This document shows positions 26,485 through 35,178 of a DNA stretch of 47,648 bases, piece after piece. The notes under the pieces are model-generated. The model saw nothing but the letters and a program-made list of their open reading frames with translations. It was not told the DNA's origin and did not search any database. Source of the stretch: a virus (taxonomy: Duplodnaviria > Caudoviricetes); the IMG/VR virus record IMGVR_UViG_3300025369_000001, positions 1 to 47,648 of that record. One strand, written 5' to 3'. The position numbers were made by a program, and so were the translations under genes. Position 1 is the stretch's first letter. Every line of letters starts with the position of its first letter.

Positions 26485-26760
26485 ATGGAAGCACAAGAAA
26501 AGTTAGCTTGGGAAATGCAGGCTTATGGAATGCCAAAAGCTCAATTACAGCTTATGGTTAAACAACAAGCTTTCCCAGGTCAAGAGTTGATGTTTGCAAT
26601 GGGTATGTTAAGCGATGCACAAGAGCTTATTGGTGCGGATCTTAATGAATGCAATGAAGGATGGGTAGCTCCTAAGCAAGCCAACCAAGCAAGACAATAT
26701 ATTAATTGCGCTAAAGCAATTGTATTTGATTTAATGCAAAAGGACAGACAAAATGACTAA
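26485..26760 (+). CDS. hypothetical (probably early) protein
   Basis: TAAGGAG RBS; TATAAT at 26441. Confidence 0.7.
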   Translation: MEAQEKLAWEMQAYGMPKAQLQLMVKQQAFPGQELMFAMGMLSDAQELIGADLNECNEGWVAPKQANQARQYINCAKAIVFDLMQKDRQND

Positions 26761-26863
26761 TCAAAATAAAAAAATTATAGTGTATGTTATCGCTTTGTAT
26801 GCTTACTTCGCACTTTGGTTATACTTTTTATTCCCAATTCTTATTAATTACTTTAAAGGATAA
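26753..26863 (+). CDS. small membrane peptide (36 aa; not in ORF track)
   Basis: MTNQNKKIIVYVIALYAYFALWLYFLFPILINYFKG; AAAGGAC RBS. Confidence 0.6.
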   Translation: MTNQNKKIIVYVIALYAYFALWLYFLFPILINYFKG

Positions 26864-26865
26864 TC

Positions 26866-27036
26866 ATGGAAATCGTACAACAAGAAACTAGGCTATCTAT
26901 TGAAAAGCTTACTAAAGCTCATAATAATATGGTCAATAAAGTATCAGACCTTGAATTTAAGCTTAATACCCTTGTAGATTTTTTAGCCAGTAATGCAGCT
27001 CACACCAATCGCATGATTGAAATTATCAAGGAGTAA
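26866..27036 (+). CDS. hypothetical coiled-coil protein (56 aa; not in ORF track)
   Basis: AAAGGA RBS; MEIVQQETRL...IIKE; TAATG coupling. Confidence 0.6.
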   Translation: MEIVQQETRLSIEKLTKAHNNMVNKVSDLEFKLNTLVDFLASNAAHTNRMIEIIKE

Positions 27037-27203
27037 TGATGGCTAAGCCTAAACCAAGACAAATTGTAGGCTATTGGATCACTGTAGAGTGGAGCGATGG
27101 CACTATTGAAGAAATAGATTACAAATCTAAAGCTTTGGATAATTTCCTAGATGAGCTTGAAGATGAAACTGGATCTGAGTATCTTATAATTTTGGAGAAA
27201 TAA
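27036..27203 (+). CDS. hypothetical protein (55 aa; not in ORF track)
   Basis: AAGGAG RBS; MMAKPKPRQIVGYWITVEWSDG... Confidence 0.6.
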   Translation: MMAKPKPRQIVGYWITVEWSDGTIEEIDYKSKALDNFLDELEDETGSEYLIILEK

Positions 27204-27204
27204 A

Positions 27205-27531
27205 ATGAAAAAACTATTAATCGCACTATTAATCGCACCATTATCATCAATAGCTATGGCGCATGAAGGCTATCGTGGCGGATATGGTGGCTATCATCAT
27301 GGCGGTGGCGGATGGATTGCACCAGCTATTATTGGCGGAGTTATTGGTTATGGATTAGCACAACCGCATTATTATGCACCACCACCAATTTATGCAGCTC
27401 CACCTGTATATCCATCTAATCAAGTATATGTATATCCTATGGGAGTACCTGTACCTGCTGGTATGCGATGCGAGATTAGAAATCAAATCATTAATGGTGT
27501 TTACACCACTAACAATTATTGCTGGTATTAA
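27205..27531 (+). CDS. secreted Gly/Tyr/His- and Pro-rich protein
   Basis: Sec-type signal peptide ending in AMA; glycine-zipper-like AIIGGVIG; PPP repeats; two Cys. Confidence 0.65.
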   Translation: MKKLLIALLIAPLSSIAMAHEGYRGGYGGYHHGGGGWIAPAIIGGVIGYGLAQPHYYAPPPIYAAPPVYPSNQVYVYPMGVPVPAGMRCEIRNQIINGVYTTNNYCWY

Positions 27532-27533
27532 TT

Positions 27534-27722
27534 ATGGCACAAGCACCTAGAGTACATCCAGGCAAAAGAAAAGCTAATCCTATGCTTACTAAAAATGGTA
27601 AGCCTAGACTTAAAGCAATGAGCATAAAAGATTTACATGCAAAATTAGATAAATTAGAACCTGGCAAAGAAAAAGCAAAAATAGCTAGAGAGATTGTAAG
27701 GAGAACACCAATTGGCAAATGA
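27534..27722 (+). CDS. hypothetical basic protein
   Basis: ATG immediately after the upstream stop; Lys/Arg-rich. Confidence 0.55.
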   Translation: MAQAPRVHPGKRKANPMLTKNGKPRLKAMSIKDLHAKLDKLEPGKEKAKIAREIVRRTPIGK

Positions 27723-27993
27723 AGCAGGAAAAGGATCTAAACCAAGACCATTGAGTGTACCTCAAGATGTATTTGATGAGCGCTTTGATTTGATATTTGG
27801 TAAGAAAAACAAAAAAGAATTACCTATAGATAAAGAATGGGACCAAATGAAACCCGTAGGGAAAGAAGTTTTACCCGAGTATGAACTTGATGATGGTCAA
27901 TTAACAGATGAACAATATGCTAAGATAAAAGAATTAGCAGAGTATGAATTAAATAAATCTACAGGTGATGTACAGCTCAAAGCTGACGAGTGA
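27712..27993 (+). CDS. hypothetical protein
   Basis: AAGGAG RBS with TTG start; GKGSKPRP...F...FD.IF motif. Confidence 0.6.
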   Translation: MANEAGKGSKPRPLSVPQDVFDERFDLIFGKKNKKELPIDKEWDQMKPVGKEVLPEYELDDGQLTDEQYAKIKELAEYELNKSTGDVQLKADE

Positions 27994-28018
27994 TATAATT
28001 TTATTTTAAGGACAACCG

Positions 28019-28270
28019 ATGGACAAACCAAAAATTAATGCAGCATCCAAAGTGAGAGCTGCATTTTTATCCTCTAACAAACCATTAACTATTACTGATA
28101 TTCGTGTAGCCACTCAATTAGAAGCTCCACAAATATCTATGGCTGTTTGTTATTTAATGAAACAAAGATACTTAACCAGAGAGATTGTAAACAATCCACT
28201 AAAGTATGGTCGCAAACAAATATGGAGCTATACCTACCATAAGGAAAGATTAAATGTATCTAGTATTTGA
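28019..28270 (+). CDS. putative winged-HTH DNA-binding protein
   Basis: PLTITDI..ATQL...QISMAV.YL pattern; TGATATAAT promoter at 27991. Confidence 0.55.
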   Translation: MDKPKINAASKVRAAFLSSNKPLTITDIRVATQLEAPQISMAVCYLMKQRYLTREIVNNPLKYGRKQIWSYTYHKERLNVSSI

Positions 28271-28409
28271 TGAGGAAGGTTATGCAATGCGAAAGGTTAC
28301 CTTTAAACAAGAAGCTAAAGCTTTAATTGTCCACAGACCAGGATGGACTTATAAAAAGATAGAAGAACCTAAAATTGACTTGGACAAGTTTGAGCCAGCA
28401 CCTTATTGA
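28254..28409 (+). CDS. hypothetical protein (51 aa; not in ORF track)
   Basis: AAGGA RBS; MYLVFDEEGYAMRKV...FEPAPY. Confidence 0.55.
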   Translation: MYLVFDEEGYAMRKVTFKQEAKALIVHRPGWTYKKIEEPKIDLDKFEPAPY

Positions 28410-28587
28410 ATTACACAGATCAGAAGTTCGTACCATAATTCGATGGCGCATTGAAGATGGCAATTGGGATAGGGTATTAGAGTTTCTATCTAAACCAAAA
28501 GTTCAATCAAGAGCTGAACAATTAAAAAAAGATATTAAAGAGCAATATAAACTGGGTAACACTGGGCAAAAAGGACAATGGTTATGA
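28375..28587 (+). CDS. hypothetical protein
   Basis: Fills the operon gap; start codon uncertain. Confidence 0.5.
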   Translation: MTWTSLSQHLIELHRSEVRTIIRWRIEDGNWDRVLEFLSKPKVQSRAEQLKKDIKEQYKLGNTGQKGQWL

Positions 28588-30008
28588 ATAAAATAGAATT
28601 TGGCGATTGTAGAGATACAATGCGAAAGTGGAAAGATAAAGGTGTGAAAGTTCAGATGTGTGTTACTTCACCACCTTATTATGGATTAAGAGATTATGGA
28701 CATGATGGTCAAATAGGTTTAGAAGAAACTCCACAAGCTTATATTGATGCAATGGTAGAAGTATTTAGATGTGTTAAAGACATACTTGCAGACGATGGAA
28801 CTCTTTGGATAAATATTGGTGATAGTTATTCAAGCCATAAAGATTGTAAAAGCACACCACAAAGTTTTGCTAAAGGAACACCTAAAGAAAATGCTCCTGT
28901 AATGGAAATTGGTAAGTCAAGAGTAAGAGATTCTAAAATGCTTAAATCACAAGGATTAAAAAATAAAGATTTAATTGGTATTCCTTGGATGTTAGCTTTT
29001 GCTTTAAGAGCGGATGGATGGTATTTAAGACAGGATATTATTTGGCATAAACCAAATCCAATGCCTGAATCAGTTACAGATAGATGCACCAAAGCCCATG
29101 AATATATATTTTTGTTATCTAAATCTGATAAATATTATTATGATAATGAATCTATAAAAGAACCATCTATTTATTACAACAAAGATAATAGGTCAGACAA
29201 AGGTAATATTAGATATGAAGGAAAAAGAACTGAAGGAGAAGCTTCAGCTAATGGGCAACAATCTTTTGTAACAATAAATGAATTTAAAAACAAAAGAAGT
29301 GTATGGACTGTAACAACTAAACCATATAAAGGCGCACACTTTGCTACTTTTCCAAGAAATTTAATAGAACCATGTATTAAAGCTGGATCGCCTGAAAAAA
29401 TATGTATTGAATGTGAAACGCCATACAAAAGAGAAAAGATTGTAGAAAAAAATTTTACTTTAAAAGAAGTTGAAGAAATTCGTAAGAACATTATTGAAAC
29501 TGATAAGGAATGTAAACCATATGCTGTGCTAGATGCAGAATTTAGAAATCAAGTTGTGGAATACAGAAATTTACCAAGCCATGATGAATTAAGAATGTAT
29601 TTGCAAAAAGCAAGATTAAAAGCTGAATTAACTATTCAACAAATTGAAGATTACTTTGATACGCAAGCCCCGCATCATTGGTTTGAAAAAAACGGAAGCT
29701 ATCCAGACAAAAATGATTGGTTAAAATTAAAAGCATTAATGAAATTTGATGACCAATACGATCAAGCAATGACTGAAATTTTTTATAAGAGCGGATTAAA
29801 ATGCGCAAATAATTATTTGGACAAAGGTTTAGTAAAGCAATGCAAATGTAATACTCAAGAAACTAAAGCTGGAATAGTTTTAGATCCGTTCATGGGTTCA
29901 GGAACTACAGCACAAGTAGCTTTAGATAATAATAGACAGTATCTTGGATGCGAATTAAACCCTGAATACAAAAACCTTCAGGATGAAAGATTGCATAGAC
30001 TAATATGA
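28578..30008 (+). CDS. N4-C/N6-A DNA methyltransferase (beta class) with large insertion
   Basis: TSPPY catalytic motif precedes the DPFMGSGTT SAM-binding motif. Confidence 0.9.
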   Translation: MVMNKIEFGDCRDTMRKWKDKGVKVQMCVTSPPYYGLRDYGHDGQIGLEETPQAYIDAMVEVFRCVKDILADDGTLWINIGDSYSSHKDCKSTPQSFAKGTPKENAPVMEIGKSRVRDSKMLKSQGLKNKDLIGIPWMLAFALRADGWYLRQDIIWHKPNPMPESVTDRCTKAHEYIFLLSKSDKYYYDNESIKEPSIYYNKDNRSDKGNIRYEGKRTEGEASANGQQSFVTINEFKNKRSVWTVTTKPYKGAHFATFPRNLIEPCIKAGSPEKICIECETPYKREKIVEKNFTLKEVEEIRKNIIETDKECKPYAVLDAEFRNQVVEYRNLPSHDELRMYLQKARLKAELTIQQIEDYFDTQAPHHWFEKNGSYPDKNDWLKLKALMKFDDQYDQAMTEIFYKSGLKCANNYLDKGLVKQCKCNTQETKAGIVLDPFMGSGTTAQVALDNNRQYLGCELNPEYKNLQDERLHRLI

Positions 30009-30385
30009 AACAACTATTCATATTAATACATGACAATGCTAGAAGAAGCGCACAACAAGCTATTAATCTTGCAGATAAGGGATCAGTAGTCGAAATTAAA
30101 CCAGCAACCAGATCATTAGAACAAAATTCAAGACTCTGGGCATTATTAACCGATATAAGTAAACAAGTCGAATGGTATGGAAGATTCCTTCAACCAGATG
30201 ATTGGAAGAATATTTTTACAGCATCGCTTAGAAAACAAGATGTTGTACCAAATATTGAAGGAAATGGATTTGTTATGCTAGGTACATCTACAAGCAAAAT
30301 GTCAATACAAGAAATGATAGATTTACAAACTTTAATTGAAGCATTTGGTAGTGAAAGGGGAGTAAAATGGTCAGAATGGAATTAA
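30005..30385 (+). CDS. ninB: NinB-family recombination protein
   Basis: TRSLEQNSRLWALL.DIS.QV.W and STSKM motifs. Confidence 0.88.
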   Translation: MKQLFILIHDNARRSAQQAINLADKGSVVEIKPATRSLEQNSRLWALLTDISKQVEWYGRFLQPDDWKNIFTASLRKQDVVPNIEGNGFVMLGTSTSKMSIQEMIDLQTLIEAFGSERGVKWSEWN

Positions 30386-30591
30386 CCGATAAACAAATAG
30401 AAGATTTATCCTATGTCATAGATCATTTTATGGCAGAACAAGCTGTGGACTATAAAATTAGCCCAGCATCACTCACAGCCATAATGACCGCAAGACTATT
30501 TCACTTTAATGCTTCATTCGGATCAGTGGATGACTTCAAAACCATCCTAGAAACTATCAATATGGCTAAATTCCCTAACCAATTACACTAA
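30367..30591 (+). CDS. hypothetical protein
   Basis: Operon-contiguous ORF. Confidence 0.55.
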   Translation: MVRMELTDKQIEDLSYVIDHFMAEQAVDYKISPASLTAIMTARLFHFNASFGSVDDFKTILETINMAKFPNQLH

Positions 30592-30612
30592 TTTTAACTC
30601 TAAGGACAGAAA

Positions 30613-30822
30613 ATGCTTAAACTCACTAATGCTTCACCTGAACACGATGGAAACCCAATCCTTATAAACCCAAAGCATATATTGACTATTTTTGAATATA
30701 CTCAAGATATAAGCGATAGTGTCAAGATCACCGCAACTAATATATATGCAGTCACTCAACAATCATGGTTAGTTAAAGAATCAGTCGATACTATCTATGA
30801 GATGATGAATGATAAATTATAG
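30613..30822 (+). CDS. small protein resembling the FlbD/SwrD family
   Basis: MLKLT...ILINP.HI..I...LVKES...I pattern. Confidence 0.45.
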   Translation: MLKLTNASPEHDGNPILINPKHILTIFEYTQDISDSVKITATNIYAVTQQSWLVKESVDTIYEMMNDKL

Positions 30823-30976
30823 GTGTAAGAATGGCGCATTCGGTCAATTATTAATGCGAAGATGGTATCCAGTTAGAAGCTCAGATAAGAATAAAAGGAA
30901 ATACCACAATATATTTCAGAAAAGGCGCAAGATTTATATAAACAATTTAAAAAGGACAAATGATGAATCCAGTTAG
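30809..30976 (+). CDS. possible small basic protein (55 aa)
   Basis: Gap-filling ORF with a weak RBS. Confidence 0.3.
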   Translation: MINYRCKNGAFGQLLMRRWYPVRSSDKNKRKYHNIFQKRRKIYINNLKRTNDESS

Positions 30977-31130
30977 AAAACTCTATGCAGACTTAAAACT
31001 ATCATTCTTAGCTTTTTGGCTAGTATTTAATCATTCAAGAGAAAAAAGTTACTATAAAGGACAAAAAGTATGGGTATATGGATTTGTAATACCAGTAAAT
31101 GACAAAAGAAGAAAAAAAACAATACAATAA
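30960..31130 (+). CDS. possible small protein (56 aa)
   Basis: AAAGGAC RBS; gap-filling ORF. Confidence 0.45.
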   Translation: MMNPVRKLYADLKLSFLAFWLVFNHSREKSYYKGQKVWVYGFVIPVNDKRRKKTIQ

Positions 31131-31368
31131 GTTAGCATCTTTTGGCTGTATATTATGCTATACACTTGGATATATAGGAACTCCAGCCGAAATCCATCAT
31201 ATTAGAAGATTTGGCATGAAAAGAGATCAAGCCCCAGCTATTCCATTATGCCCAGAACACCATAGAGGTCAAACTGGCATTCATGGATTAGGAAGAAAGC
31301 GATTCGAGCAGACTTATAACACAACGGAAGAAGATCTATTGGCTATCATACTATCTAAATTAGCTTGA
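31099..31368 (+). CDS. Ref/DUF968-like HNH-type nuclease
   Basis: GCILC, EIHH, IPLCPEHH and GIH motifs. Confidence 0.8.
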   Translation: MTKEEKKQYNKLASFGCILCYTLGYIGTPAEIHHIRRFGMKRDQAPAIPLCPEHHRGQTGIHGLGRKRFEQTYNTTEEDLLAIILSKLA

Positions 31369-31397
31369 TTTTTAATATATTGTGTTAATATTCGAGC

Positions 31398-31459
31398 TGT
31401 CAGGGTACACGCAACTGTCCTTGCGGCTCATATCAGAGCAATCTGGTAGTATCCTGACA
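31398..31459 (+). ncRNA. candidate three-way-junction structured RNA upstream of terS
   Basis: 11-bp outer helix TGTCAGGGTAC/GTATCCTGACA enclosing CGCAA-CTGTCC-TTGCG and TATCAGA-GCAA-TCTGGTA (GNRA loop). Confidence 0.5.
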
Positions 31460-31467
31460 TTATAACT

Positions 31468-31932
31468 ATGACAGATACTATCACTACAAAAGCCGATAAA
31501 GGCAGACCAACCGACTATTCAGACAAGAAAGCAGATGAAATCTGTGAATTGATTGCTGAAGGGAATAGCTTAGTCAAGATTTGCAAGCGAGAAGATATGC
31601 CAGGCAGATCCACAGCGATGAGGTGGCTATTAAATCATACTTATTTCAGGGACAGATACGCACTCGCCCGAGAACTCCAAGCAGATTACCTATTTGAAGA
31701 ACTATTAGATATTGCCGATGATACCTTCAATGATGCAATAGAAGATAAGAATGGCAATATCAGAACTAACTGGGAAGTAGTCAATAGATCAAGATTAAGA
31801 ATTGATACCAGAAAATGGATTATTTCTAAGTTAGCTCCTAAAAAATATGGCGATAGAGCCGATGAAGTTAAAGAAGAAAATAACTGGACAGTGAATGGCA
31901 TCCCAACCAAAACTAATCAAAGAGCCGATTAA
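31468..31932 (+). CDS. terS: terminase small subunit
   Basis: GRPTDYS...ICE.IA.G.SL and RLRIDTRKW...KLAPKKYGD motifs. Confidence 0.9.
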   Translation: MTDTITTKADKGRPTDYSDKKADEICELIAEGNSLVKICKREDMPGRSTAMRWLLNHTYFRDRYALARELQADYLFEELLDIADDTFNDAIEDKNGNIRTNWEVVNRSRLRIDTRKWIISKLAPKKYGDRADEVKEENNWTVNGIPTKTNQRAD

Positions 31933-33190
31933 TTTACCGCCATTTCACAAAGGACAGCAAGACGCATTCGATGCTTCTACTCGATTCTTTGCGGTAAGGT
32001 GTGGAAGGCGATGGGGTAAAACAGCTATGATGCAAAATATAGCTTGCGCTGCCGCTGCCTTAGGTGAAAAGATAGGATGGTTTGCACCAGACTATAAGAT
32101 TCAATCCGAAGCCTTTAGAGAGATTACCGACTATTTAGCCCCCATGATTAAATCATCATCCAAGATAGATGGGATTATTCAGACCTATACTGGTGGCAGA
32201 ATAGACTTTTGGACTCTTGAAAATGAAAGAGCTGGTCGATCCAGAAAGTATCATAAAGCTTTTATCGATGAAGCCGCCTTTACAAAACCCAATATGCTTA
32301 AAGTATGGCAGACCGCTATCAAACCAGCATTACTTGATTATCAAGGAAGTTGTATTACAGCCTCAACTCCTAATGGTGTAGATAGTGAGAATTTCTTTTG
32401 GCAAGTATGCAATGATCCTGAGCATGGATTTACAAGTTACCACGCACCCACACACACAAACCCATTTTTGCCACAGGAAGAACTATTAAAGCTTGAGAAG
32501 GAAAATCATCCCTTAGTATTCAGACAAGAGTATTTAGCAGAATTTGTAGATTGGTCAGGGGAAGCATTTTTTAGCCTGGACAAAATGCTAGTTGATGGAA
32601 AGCCAGTCGATTATCCAGTTAAATGCGATGCAGTATATGCAGTGATCGATACCGCAGTAAAAGGCGGTAAAGAAAATGATGGTACAGCTATTATTTACTT
32701 TGCATTAAATAAACTCTATGGGCAACCTATTATTATTTTGGACTGGGATATAATCCAGATAGATGGCGCATTATTAGAATCATGGATGCCTTCAGTCTTT
32801 GAAAGATTAGAAGAATTTGCCAAAGTCACACAGGCAAGACATGGATCAGTCGGTACTTTTATCGAAGATGCAGCAGCAGGATCTATTCTTATCCAGCAAG
32901 GTAGAACTAGAGGATGGAATACCCATGCGATAGACTCTGGACTTACTTCAGTGGGTAAAGATGAGAGAGCTATTTCAGTCTCTGGTCACTTCCATCAAGA
33001 GAAGATTAAAATTAGCCAATATGCCTTTGATAAGACTATGACTTTCAAAAATGCTTCAAGAAATCATTTGATTAGTCAGGTCACAAGCTTCCGCATTGGA
33101 GATAAAGAAGCCTATAAAAGAGCCGATGATTTACTTGATTGTTTTACCTATGGAATTGCGATAGGCGTAGGTGATAAGTATGGTTATTGA
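31895..33190 (+). CDS. terL: terminase large subunit
   Basis: GRRWGKT Walker A, FIDEAA Walker B, STP, QEYLAEF and DDLLD motifs. Confidence 0.93.
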   Translation: MASQPKLIKEPINLPPFHKGQQDAFDASTRFFAVRCGRRWGKTAMMQNIACAAAALGEKIGWFAPDYKIQSEAFREITDYLAPMIKSSSKIDGIIQTYTGGRIDFWTLENERAGRSRKYHKAFIDEAAFTKPNMLKVWQTAIKPALLDYQGSCITASTPNGVDSENFFWQVCNDPEHGFTSYHAPTHTNPFLPQEELLKLEKENHPLVFRQEYLAEFVDWSGEAFFSLDKMLVDGKPVDYPVKCDAVYAVIDTAVKGGKENDGTAIIYFALNKLYGQPIIILDWDIIQIDGALLESWMPSVFERLEEFAKVTQARHGSVGTFIEDAAAGSILIQQGRTRGWNTHAIDSGLTSVGKDERAISVSGHFHQEKIKISQYAFDKTMTFKNASRNHLISQVTSFRIGDKEAYKRADDLLDCFTYGIAIGVGDKYGY

Positions 33191-33202
33191 TATAATATTA
33201 AT

Positions 33203-33748
33203 ATGAAATTCTATACTTATATTCATTACAAATCAGATACTAAAGAGCCATTTTATATTGGCAAAGGTACAAGTAATAGAGCATGGAAATTAAGCGGTAG
33301 AAATAAATATTGGAAGCATATAGCTCAAAAGCATGAATTTGATGTAGAAATTGTTTCAAGATGGGAATATGAGCAAGATGCTCTAAACCATGAAATACAA
33401 TTAATCGCATATTATAAAAATTTAGGACATAAATTAGCTAATCTTACCAATGGTGGTGAAGGATTAAGCGGTTTAAAATTTAGTGATGAGCATATCAATA
33501 ATCTTAAAAAGTCCCATATTGGGAATAAATTAACAGATTCAGCCAAAGCTAAACTTGTGAAGTATTTAAGAACTCATAAGAATAAACCTTTTATTTGCAT
33601 CGAAACTGGATTAAAATTTGAAGCATTGCACGATTCTGCCAAGTGGCTAAAAAAAAATGGCAAACCTAAAGCTCATATAAGCGCTATTGGAAATGCCTTA
33701 AACAAAAGATTAAAGTCTGCCTATGGTTATCATTGGCAATATATTTAA
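33203..33748 (+). CDS. free-standing GIY-YIG homing endonuclease with NUMOD-type DNA-binding repeats
   Basis: FYTY...FYIGKG...R...E...N.T.GGEG; C-terminal SAYGYHW. Confidence 0.8.
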   Translation: MKFYTYIHYKSDTKEPFYIGKGTSNRAWKLSGRNKYWKHIAQKHEFDVEIVSRWEYEQDALNHEIQLIAYYKNLGHKLANLTNGGEGLSGLKFSDEHINNLKKSHIGNKLTDSAKAKLVKYLRTHKNKPFICIETGLKFEALHDSAKWLKKNGKPKAHISAIGNALNKRLKSAYGYHWQYI

Positions 33749-33757
33749 AGGATAGTT

Positions 33758-35176
33758 ATGTCAGATATAACAGTCAATAGTACCGAAGTCGGTTCACAAC
33801 TCATGCAAATTCTACAAGCTGGTGAGATTCAACCAGGCACAGATGTAGGATATAACCTTTGCAAAGTACTATGGGAATATCATCCACTTGGCGGTAAGCT
33901 AGTTGAAAAACCAATTAGACTTGCTCTATCTAAAAAAAGAATAATTACAGTAGATGCAGAACCAAAAGATATGCTGGTCGAAGCATTTGAGAAAGAATGG
34001 GAGAAATTAGGTGCAACTAATCATATTAGGGATACTATGTTTATCAATCGTGCCTATGGCGCTGGTGCTATTGTGTTTGGTGCTGAAGGTGAGCCAACAG
34101 ATAAACCTATCGACCCATGGAAACTACAAGACCTCAATCTTTACTTCAACCAACTCGACCCATTAAATTTAGCAGGATCGATTGTTACTAATCAGAATCC
34201 TAATGCACCAGACTTTCAAAAGCCATTACCATATACCACAGCAGCAGGTCAGCCTTATCATCCTTCAAGAGCTTGTGTAGTATTTAATGGCACACCAATC
34301 TATTTAAGCTTCCAGGCATCCGCATTTGGTTTCACTGGTCGCTCAGTATTTTTAAGAGCTTTATACCCAATGAAGTCTTTTATCCAATCTATGATTACCG
34401 ATGACTTGGTGACTTTCAAGGCTGGACTCTTAATCGCTAAACAAAAACCAGCAGGCTCAATCGTGAATAGGTTAATGCAAACTGCCGCTGGCATTAAAAG
34501 AACCTATTTACAAGAAGGCGCTACTGGCAATGTATTATCCATAGATATTGATGAATCTATTGAAGCTGTAGATATGAATAACACTAATACTGCTATGACT
34601 ACAGCCAGAGATAATATTATTGCCAATGTAGCCGCAGCTTCAGATGTCCCAGCTATGCTATTAAAAGATGAAGCCTTTACTCAAGGATTTGGCGAAGGCA
34701 CAGAAGATGCAAAAGCTATAGTTCAATATGTCGAAGGCATTAGAACAGATATGGAAAGTCTATTCAAATTCTTTGATAAGATTGTAATGCACCGAGCATG
34801 GAATAGAGAGTTCTTTGAAGCTATCCAAAATAAATACCCAGATGTCTATGGCAAGATGTCCTATGAGCAAGCCTTCTATAAATGGCAAGATGAATTTAAA
34901 GCCGAATGGGAATCACTACTTGAAGAACCAGAATCAGAAAAGGTTAAAGTAGAAGAAATCAAGCTTAAAGGTGTTACCGAATTATTAAGAACTATGCTGC
35001 CAGTAATCGATCCACAAAATAGAGCGATTGCACTTCAATGGGCGCAAGATAATGTCAATGAAATGCAAGATTTCTTTAAAAGCCAGCTTAACCTTGATCC
35101 AGACTTAATTGCAGAATATGAGCCACCTCAAGGAACTATGCCAGAAGAAAAAGTACCAAGTCCTAGTCGTAGCTAG
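33758..35176 (+). CDS. portal protein (DUF1073-like)
   Basis: Position after terL; 472 aa; RAYG, HPSR and AAASDVP motifs. Confidence 0.85.
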   Translation: MSDITVNSTEVGSQLMQILQAGEIQPGTDVGYNLCKVLWEYHPLGGKLVEKPIRLALSKKRIITVDAEPKDMLVEAFEKEWEKLGATNHIRDTMFINRAYGAGAIVFGAEGEPTDKPIDPWKLQDLNLYFNQLDPLNLAGSIVTNQNPNAPDFQKPLPYTTAAGQPYHPSRACVVFNGTPIYLSFQASAFGFTGRSVFLRALYPMKSFIQSMITDDLVTFKAGLLIAKQKPAGSIVNRLMQTAAGIKRTYLQEGATGNVLSIDIDESIEAVDMNNTNTAMTTARDNIIANVAAASDVPAMLLKDEAFTQGFGEGTEDAKAIVQYVEGIRTDMESLFKFFDKIVMHRAWNREFFEAIQNKYPDVYGKMSYEQAFYKWQDEFKAEWESLLEEPESEKVKVEEIKLKGVTELLRTMLPVIDPQNRAIALQWAQDNVNEMQDFFKSQLNLDPDLIAEYEPPQGTMPEEKVPSPSRS

Positions 35177-35178
35177 TT

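Noticed and set aside
33190-33758. Group I intron around the GIY-YIG gene
   Set aside because: Only about 10 nt of flanking non-coding DNA on each side, and both neighbours look complete
33758-35176. Anti-CBASS (Acb1) function for the DUF1073-like protein
   Set aside because: No paired HxT/S 2H-phosphoesterase motifs were recognised; size and position fit a portal
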